From Octopus bimaculoides (taxonomy: Eukaryota): a stretch of DNA of 35,261 nucleotides. The DNA lies in the NCBI RefSeq assembly GCF_001194135.2, contig NC_068981.1, positions 3,118,805 to 3,154,065 on the forward strand, given 5' to 3'. Position numbers and translations under genes: made by a program. A model generated the notes under the pieces. That model had not been told where the DNA came from, ran no database searches, and saw nothing but the letters and a program-made list of their open reading frames with translations. This document shows, piece by piece, positions 27,406 through 35,261 of this stretch (its first letter is position 1; each line of letters starts with the position of its first letter).

Positions 27406-28027
27406 ATTGTTCAGGGGGTTTTATTATAAAAATGTAATGCGTGGGAAAGATTTTAAATAAGCTAGTTGTTTATTGACATTTCGTCATATTAAGCTATTTC
27501 CAGCCGGTTATAATCAACCGGTTATTTGCAACTCTGTTATCAGTTTGCCGGTGATTGCTTAGTTTATCTGTAACAATAAGTTATATTTCGTTTTATTTAT
27601 TAAAATAGGTTTCCAGCAAATTTTGTTTCAAATGACTATATTGCGGTGGGAAATAAACATATTTTGTTATTGTCAGCCGACGTTGTGTAATTACATGAGG
27701 CTTAAGATTAAGCATGGCGGATAGTAAGAAGGTGGAGGACATTGAAAATGGACAAAACGTTTAGTTTTTCTTTCGAAGAAACACTTCATTTGCGTTAAAT
27801 ATAATTTAACCCAAATTAACTTAAATTGATATTAAGATTTTTATTTATTTTAGTAAAGGATTAATGGACTTTTTTTTCATTCCCGGCTTCATTTTCTATC
27901 CCTTACGTATGTCCCTATTGCCAAGCACGATTATTGAATAACTATAAAACTTTATTTTATGAATGTCTTTATTATACTCTAACCTTTTACAGTAGGTTTA
28001 CTAAGTTGAAACGTACTGTAATCACAC

Positions 28028-28099
28028 GTCGACATATTTGAATATACCGGTATGTCTTATTGTGTCGACATATTTGAATATACCGGTATGTCTTATTGT
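28028..28099. repeat. Perfect 36-bp tandem duplication
   Basis: GTCGACATATTTGAATATACCGGTATGTCTTATTGT x2. Confidence 0.95.
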
Positions 28100-29704
28100 C
28101 TTAGTGATTTTCATTTGAATTACTCTCGATTAATAATTAAAATAACATTTTCGAAAGATTTTGAGTGAAAAAATTAACCCTATACACTGCTTACAGTCAA
28201 ATAGGGTTAACGGGTTCGAGGAGGGACTTGATTATTTATATCGATTTGAGCGGAATTTGAACTCGGTTCGCAACCAAATGCAAGATTGTTGATTTCTATG
28301 GAAACCCAGTGGTTAAAAACCACTAGGTTTCCATAGAAGAGACTCTTCATACTGTCGCTCGACTTGCCGGCTAATTGTAACCAAATTCGCTCATCACATC
28401 GTCTTGTCTTTTACAGTGGGCATATCTGTTGGAACTGACCTTGGGTTAAACAACTCGATTTTAATAGCTTTCGCTCATACCAATAAAAATCTCATCTTCG
28501 CAATACATCTGGTTCACTTCGTTTCCTTTAGAAAAATAACCGAAAGGTGATATGATTGGGGGAATGGGAATTCAGATTCGTAAAGATAGAGTAACATAGT
28601 ATTTTAAAACATGTACGTCTTTTCCAATGAAGAGTTAAGACGAATACGACGTGAAATGTTTAAAACCAGAAGCCGAAATTTTATTTGGTGGTTTAATCTT
28701 TACTTAACGTAGAATATCGGGTATTAATTTCGTTTGGCGACTGCGGAAGAATTTGCTTTTTCGACGCCGTGCTACGATCAGTCTACTTTGCTTAGGAGAT
28801 TATTTGATATTCATCCCCGTTTTTAAGCCCAGATTTTCTCTTAAAACGGTCTTCACCTATTTTTTTATGTATTTTATCTCAATTTCTCTTTTTCTTTTTA
28901 TTCTTTTAGTGGGTTTGTGGTTTAGTTGTAAATTTTTTGTTTGCATAGGTGGAAGCATGGCTGTGTGGTTAAGAAGCACGCTTCACAACAGCGTGGTTTT
29001 GGGTTCAGTTCCAACACGGCACCTTTCGCAAGTCTTCTTTTTTTTTAACCTCGGACCGACCAATTCCTTGTGAATTTAGTTGACAGAATCTATGAAAACC
29101 TGTCACCTCCACCCACTGCTTGACAATCTGTGTTTATATTCCCGTAAGAGCTGATTGAAGTGAGTGGATTTAATAGACTGGAACAGAGATACACCCAAGG
29201 CGCTGCTGTGTGGTAAGAAGCTGGCCGCTGTCAAATGACTGAAACAAAAGAAAATCGTTTAACGTCTCCCTTTTATGCATGCATATGTAGGATGTTTGAC
29301 AGGAGCTGGCCAAGTAGAAGACTACCCCCAGGCTACTGTGCCTATTTTGGCAGGGTTTTTACGGCTGGATGCCCTTCCTAACACCAGCCAGTGGCCTGAG
29401 TTCTTTTTATATGACACCAGCACAGGCGAGGTCAGTTTGGCATGGTTGTTACAGCTGGATGCCCTTCCAAATGCCAACCACTTAGGTGTGGACTGGCTGC
29501 TTTTTACTTGGGGACCCTGCAGCAACACCAGTAGCGTCACCAAATAGCCTGTAAGACAAGGAATTTTGAGAGGGCAGGGGGCATTGGAGAGGCAGAAACA
29601 GGTATTGTGGTACATGGTTCCCTGACCAGAGAGAGAGAGGTACAAGAAAGAGGACAAACAGTTGAGCTGATGTAAAGGAGATATTTGGCTACCTAGTTAC
29701 ATGT

Positions 29705-30050
29705 GAAGGTGCATGGCTCAGTGGTTACTGTCGAGCGTACGATCGTGAGGTTGTGAGTTCAAATCCCAGACCAGGCTGCATGTTGTGTTCTTGAGCAAGA
29801 CACTTTATTTCACATTGCTCCAGTTCACTCAGCTGTAGAATTGAGTTGTGACGTCACAGTGCCAAGCTGTATCAGCCGTTGCCTTTCCCTTGGATAACAC
29901 GTCACCAATGTTATCCAAGAGGAGAGGGGAGGCTGGTACGCATGGGCGACTGCTGGTCTTCCATAAACAACCTTGCCCAGACTTGTGCCTGGTTGGGGGT
30001 AACCTTCTAGGTGCAATCCCATGGTCATTCATGACCGAAGGGGGTCTCTC
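29705..30050 (+). mobile_element. tRNA-derived SINE (third family)
   Basis: A-box TGGCTCAGTGG, B-box GAGTTCAAATCC, central CTTGAGCAAGACAC domain. Confidence 0.75.
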
Positions 30051-30491
30051 ATCTGGAGAGAAAAGCGAGAGGAGAGAGTGTGATCAAGAATGAGGGCAGA
30101 AACAGGTGTGCTACAGTAGAGACACTCAGCCAGAGGGAAGAGCAAGGGAAAGAGAGAGAGTGGGAAATAGCAAAAATGCAAGAGAGATGAAGTGCCAGGG
30201 TATACTCAGAGCATAGATGGGATGGTAGAGTAAGGAAGAAAGAGATAAATGGTTGCAATTGCCAGGGCATGCCCTCAAGGTACAGAGGTTATAATATGAG
30301 TGTGTTTGTATTTGTACCCTACCATTGCTTGACAATGATTGTTAGACTGTTTATATTAATATAACTTAACAGTTTGGCAAAAGAGACTAGAATAAGAACC
30401 AGGGTTGAAAATATGTACTGGAATCAGTTTGTTTTACTCAGCCTTTCAAGGCCATATCCAAGAATAGTCATATTCCAAAGACTGAAACAAG

Positions 30492-30972
30492 ATAGTAAAA
30501 TATTTAGAAATAATATATTTCTAAATCTCTAGCAGAATTATGCAGTAGATACAATGAAGTAGTTGTATGCTGTCAACTTAATGTGACAATCCCCTGAAGG
30601 GAATAATACTACTGTTGGTTAGACCTAGGAAGCTGCACCGCTTCCTGTCGGCCTTGACACATTTCCTGTGTCTTTATGTTCACAAGGAGGAGACAAGCAC
30701 CTCCGCCCAGCTAAGCCTGCATCCAGAGACATGTTTCTGAGTCTTTGCTACTCCACACTGAGGACGAGCAAAGACTCAGAAACATGTCTCTGGATGCAGG
30801 CTTAGCTGGGCGGAGGTGCTTGTCTCCTCCTTGTGAACATAAGGACACAGGAAATGTGTCAAGGCCGACAGGAAGCGGTGCAGCTTCCTAGGTCTAACCA
30901 ACAGTAGTATTATTCCCTTCAGGGGACTGTCACATTAAGTTGACAGCATACAACTACTTCATAGTAAAATAT
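30492..30972. mobile_element. Inverted-duplicate Penelope-like insertion with hammerhead motif and 12-bp TSD
   Basis: Arms 30554-30749 and 30767-30962 (196 bp, 2 mismatches) around a 17-nt spacer. Direct repeat ATAGTAAAATAT at 30492-30503 and 30961-30972. The left copy has an extra ~50-nt tail. Hammerhead core on + at 30752-30794. Confidence 0.7.
30752..30794 (+). ncRNA. Minimal type-I hammerhead ribozyme motif (degenerate)
   Basis: Stem I TCCACA/TCTGGA (one C-C mismatch), core CTGAGGA, stem II GAG-caaaga-CTC (C/A mismatch at its base), GAAA, palindromic stem III ACATGT, cleavage triplet GTC. Confidence 0.65.
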
Positions 30973-32018
30973 ATATTTTATATATTCTTATATCATCATT
31001 CTTTGGCATCTGTTGACCAGGGCTGGAAGGCTGCACCAGACTCCAGTCTGATTTGGCATGGTTTTCTACGGTTGGATGCTCTTCCTAATGCCAACCACTC
31101 TGAGAGTGTAATGGGTGCTTTTACATGCCACTGGCACGGGTGCCATTTGTGTGACACCAGTATCTGCCACGACTTAGATTTTACTTGGTTTGATGGGGTA
31201 TAAGTGTCTTCTTAAGCTTTACTTCTTTTTTTCTTTTTCATAAAAGAATTTAACTTGCTGCCCTGAATTTCTCATGGCTGTGTTTATAATCTTTGTTTTT
31301 TGCTTAAGGTAAAATAAGGCATGTTTCAATAAAAAAGAAATTAAAACAGAAATTTAAGATAATGATGTTTAATGACCTAATTTTCAGCATTTGTTTTGCT
31401 TGCTACTCCAGTCATAAAATTTCTTTTCTGTAAACTTTTAAGATTTTTTTACTTCTCAAAATGAGTTGGCAATTACTTTTACATAATAAAAGAGAAATAA
31501 TAATGGCTCTTAACCTACTGTTAGCATATATTTGTTTCCCTTAGTCACAATTTCATTTATTAATATGTAATTACTTCTACATGAGAAATGACAAAAATCT
31601 GTAATAATGATGTTTGATATTTAAGTATATATTTGTGTCACTTAGTCACAACTTTATTAATAAAATCAATTTCTCTTCTATAACTTATGAAATATTTCTG
31701 TTTGCTTTTCAAAATAATTCGGAAATTTATAATTACTTTTACATGCGAAATGAAAAGCAAATCTATAATAATTGAGGAGTGAACTGATACTCCCACACAT
31801 GACTGTCAGTGGAGTGGATGAGTCTTATAAATGGATGATCCAGTAGACAGTTGAGGTTGAACTCTGAGAGCATTAGTCTTATTGTTTCTATCGCAGTATT
31901 GGATTGCTTAACGTTTATAAGATAACCAACTCTTGTCACATTTCTTATTGTTATCCGGTTATATTTGGTACTGTGATATATTGTTATACACATCATATGT
32001 TATCACTGACAAAATAAC

Positions 32019-32517
32019 AATAATGATGTTACAGTTCTATATTTAAGAGATGAGGAATTATGCACATTATTTACATTATTTACATTTGACGGATATTTGT
32101 CCTCATCTTGTTTGTTGTTAACACAACGTTTCAGCTGATATACCTTTCATCAGGTGTCTTGGGGAAATTCCAAACCTGGGTTCTCATTCCTAAGGTATTT
32201 TTCGATGTTATTATTATTATTGTTGTTATTATTATTGTTCATGTCACTGCTTGGAATCGAACTTGGAATCTTGAGGTTAGTAGCCCGCACTCTTAACCAC
32301 TACGCCATATGCCCAAGCAGTGACCTGAACAATAATAATAATAATAATCATAATAATTATAATAATAATAACATCGAAAAATACCATAGGAATGAGAATC
32401 CAAGTTCGAAATTTCCCCAAGACACCTGATGAAGGCTGGAGGGTATATCAGCTGAAACGTTGTGTTAACAACAAACAAGATGAGGACAAATATTCATCAA
32501 ATGTAAATAATGATGTT
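32019..32517 (-). mobile_element. tRNA-headed SINE-like element with hammerhead tail, plus an inverted 5'-truncated copy; 12-bp TSD
   Basis: Minus copy 32031-32314 has A box TGGCGTAGTGG (32297-32307), B box GTTCGATTCC (32253-32262), an (AAT)n linker and a tail. Plus copy 32313-32505 lacks the head. AATAATGATGTT is duplicated at 32019-32030 and 32506-32517. Confidence 0.8.
32421..32466 (+). ncRNA. Minimal type-I hammerhead ribozyme motif
   Basis: Stem I GACAC/GTGTT, core CTGATGA(+A), stem II GGCTG-gagggtatat-CAGCT, GAAA, palindromic stem III ACGT, triplet GTT. The inverted copy at 32120-32158 has a 7-nt deletion in stem II. Confidence 0.7.
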
Positions 32518-33727
32518 TAATAACCAAATTCTGGTATATATTTATTAGTTTGCCAAATTATTGCCATTGTGCTGTTGAACTCCTAAAATGTGAGTCACAA
32601 CCGTTCTTTGATTTTTGTTTTTTTGAAGCACATACATTGCAATGCCATATATATCCGTGGACCAACAACTTATGACCATAGATGGTTACATTGGTGGACA
32701 ATGACATATTCTTTCATATTATCCACATCACTCACTTTTATATTTGTCTCCTCAGAATTATCTTTTCCACGGGTTTCATTGAATAACATTCAAGCCATGA
32801 CATCACATCTCACAGATAGGTAATATCATGATGCCATTTTTGGAGTTGCTTATGATGTTGAGGACATCCTTAATACAAATTCCATAAAGCTTGCATTATC
32901 ACATCTTGAAGTTTGACTTGGGCCCTTATCCCATTTGTGTGCATGTATGTACATATGCTTGTATGTATGTATGTGTAGAGCCCTCGCTTGGCCCTACCTG
33001 TGATTTGAAATCGAATCTAGAAATTCGGACTACTGTTCTATCAAGAAGGAACATAGGTCTATGTGTTTTCCACCTGATTCTTGGCCTTTTCTATGCCATG
33101 AAAAGTTGAAATAGATAATGAGTGACCTACATTAATTTACCCATTGTTTAAACAACATACCTCTTTTACTGGCTGGGCTACATACTTATAAATACAAATA
33201 GTTCTAAGCAGATCACCAGAGGCAGGCAGACATCAGAGGGAGAGAGAAAGCAATCAGCCACTGTGATACAACTTTCCTCTGCTGTCTCTCACTTTCTCAC
33301 TGGCTCATCTTTCTCTTCTACATCATCACTGTCTCTTTCTCTATCTGCTGCTTAAATGACCTGGGACATGCAAGTCTTACGCTATCCATTTATACACAAA
33401 AATATAACACCCTTTATCTTGCATGCTTTTGACTTACATTATACATTCTTGCCCACCGTGGTGTGGCTATATATATTAAGTAACGGTAAATAAAATATGT
33501 TATCTACAACTTCAACCATTGTCCTTATTCATTGAAGTCCACCACAACATCACCATTTTCGATTGCAACATAAACAACCCATTACATTCAGGTAAACGCT
33601 GTTACATTTGGTGACTCCATCTAACTATGTTACACTTGACTTCCCAACGTAAAGATCCATTAACCATTACATTTGGTGACACCACCATCAAAAAACTTAT
33701 GTATGTACGAACATTTGTATGTGTGTA

Positions 33728-33833
33728 CAAGTTGGACCAAAAGTCAAAATCTTAATGAGGAAAAAAAAATGGAGTCTCACTCATTGCAGGTGATTTTATA
33801 TTGAAACTCATTTGTGACTTTTGGTTCAACCTG
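33728..33833. mobile_element. Tc1/mariner-like MITE (106 bp)
   Basis: TA-flanked TIRs CAAGTTGGACCAAAAGTCA / TGACTTTTGGTTCAACCTG (2 mismatches). Confidence 0.65.
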
Positions 33834-33839
33834 TATGTA

Positions 33840-34220
33840 GTGGCACTCTATCGGTTACGACGACAAGGTTCCAGTTGATCCGACCAATGGAACAGTCTGC
33901 TCAAAAAATTAACATGCAAGTGGCTGAGCACTCCACAGACACGTGTACCCTTAACGTAGTTCTCGGGGAGATTCAGCGTGACACAGAGTGTGACAAGGCT
34001 GGCCCCTTTGAATTACAGGTACAACAGAAACAGGAAGAAAGTGTGAGAGAAAGCTGTGGTGAAAGACTACAGCAGGGTTCGCCACCACCCCTTGCCAGAA
34101 CCTCATGGAGCTTTAGGTGTTTTCACTCAATGAACACTCACAACGCCCGGTCTGGTAATCGAAACCGTGATCCCTCAGCCGCGAGTCCACTGCTCTAACC
34201 ACTGGGCCATTGCGCCTCCA
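33840..34220 (-). mobile_element. tRNA-derived SINE (fourth family)
   Basis: Minus head GGCGCAATGGCCCAGTGGTTAGAG...GGTTTCGATTACC; 13-bp TSD with one mismatch (CAACCTGTATGTA 33827-33839 / CAACCTCTATGTA 34222-34234). Confidence 0.8.
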
Positions 34221-34839
34221 CCAACCTCTATGTACATAATGCTTGTATTATGTGCAGTGTCACCTTGACAAGCAAAGAACACAAAAAACACTTAACATCT
34301 TGGAAGTAGGTGTTTGGATCAATATGTTGGTTGAAACTTAATGCTATTCATATAATGTAAACAGCTGGGAGAGAAATTAGTGAAATAGGATTCATTAACA
34401 CTTCCAATGTAACACATGTATGTGTGTGTGTGTGCGTGTGTGTGTGTATGTATGTGTGTGTGTGTATGTATATATATATGGAGTAGTTGGCATTAGGAAG
34501 GGTATCCAGTTATAGAAAACCATGCCAAATTAGACTGGATCTTGGTGCAGCCTTCCAACGTGCCAACCCAGTCAAGCCATCCATCCCATGCCAGCATGGA
34601 CAACTGACATTAAATGATGATGATGTATATATATATATATATATGTATCCAATTTCTTAAAATTGGGTACATTTTAATTTTTCTTTTATATGTTTCGGTT
34701 TTTGAAAAACCTTATCAAAAATATGTACTAAAATGGAATATGTAAAGAGAAAAGAACTATTAATAAAATTAAATTCAAATTAAGATTAACATTCATAGTT
34801 TACTTTCCTTTTCCTGCAAGAGCACGTGATAATATCCGT

Positions 34840-35261
34840 TAGTTCTGGTGGCATGACAAGTTCAACTGACTGTGACCACAAATTACTACTATCATGCGTG
34901 AGAAGACCCGGCAAGCCAAGTAAGATTGTTGCCAGTGCCCCTGGACTGGCTCTTGTGCGGGTGGCACATGAGATGCACCATTTTGAGCGTGGCCGTTGCC
35001 AGTACCGCCTGACTGGCTCCCGTAGGATTTTCGAGCGAGATCGTTGCCAGTGCCCCTGGACTGGCTTGTGCGGGTGGCACATAAAAGACACCATTTCAAG
35101 CGTGGCCGTTTTCGTGAGGGTAACACGTAAAAGCACCCACTACACTCTCTGAGTGGTTGGCGTTAGGAAGGGCATCCAGCTGTAGAAACTCTGCCAAATT
35201 AGATTGGAGCCTGGTGTTGCCATCCGGTTTCACCAGTCCTCAGTCAAATCGTCCAACCCAT
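34840..35261 (+). mobile_element. RTE ORF end plus 3' UTR with tandem modules
   Basis: GAGAAGACCCGGCAAGCCAAGTAA (EKTRQAK*), similar to the AAGAAGACC ORF end near 16415, followed by the shared tail. Truncated by the window edge. Confidence 0.75.

Noticed and set aside
28397-28430. Exon-like segment reading GISVGTDLG after a good acceptor
   Set aside because: The donor (GTTAAA) is poor, and the resemblance to the Hsp70 GIDLG motif is likely coincidental.
30550-30966. Reading the palindrome as a TA-flanked Tc1/mariner MITE
   Set aside because: The outer TAC/GTA match is explained by the 12-bp TSD. The asymmetric tail and the ribozyme core in the spacer fit a Penelope-type insertion better.
31763-31996. 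77-aa minus-strand ORF with protein-like composition
   Set aside because: In-frame stops follow the nearest good acceptor and no motif is recognised; chance cannot be excluded.
32245-32314. tRNA genes at SINE heads (also 240-305, 6420-6497, 29705-29775, 34150-34220)
   Set aside because: A/B boxes are present, but there is no complete cloverleaf or acceptor stem, and each continues into a SINE body.

Overview
AT-rich, repeat-dense animal genomic DNA. The repeat families and (GAT)n/(TA)n microsatellites suggest an octopus or other coleoid cephalopod (inference). There is one clear protein-coding gene: the ER chaperone BiP/GRP78 (HSPA5) on the + strand, with 6 coding exons over 22771-25588, 658 aa, a signal peptide and C-terminal KDEL. 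It is preceded by a CCAAT/ERSE-like promoter cluster. The rest is mostly retroelement and MITE debris: RTE and CR1 LINE fragments, several tRNA-derived SINE families, a solo LTR, and hAT, piggyBac-like and Tc1-like MITEs. There is also an 893-N assembly gap. The most interesting signal is three different minimal type-I hammerhead ribozyme motifs (1624-1664, 30752-30794, 32421-32466). Two of them lie in inverted-duplicate insertions that are unrelated in body sequence, yet each has an exact 12-bp target-site duplication and both carry the same GAATTATGCA tail motif. One of these also has a tRNA-derived Pol III head. This points to Penelope-mobilised, ribozyme-carrying non-autonomous elements. 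A second oddity is a tandemly duplicated 3' splice site in the last BiP intron.
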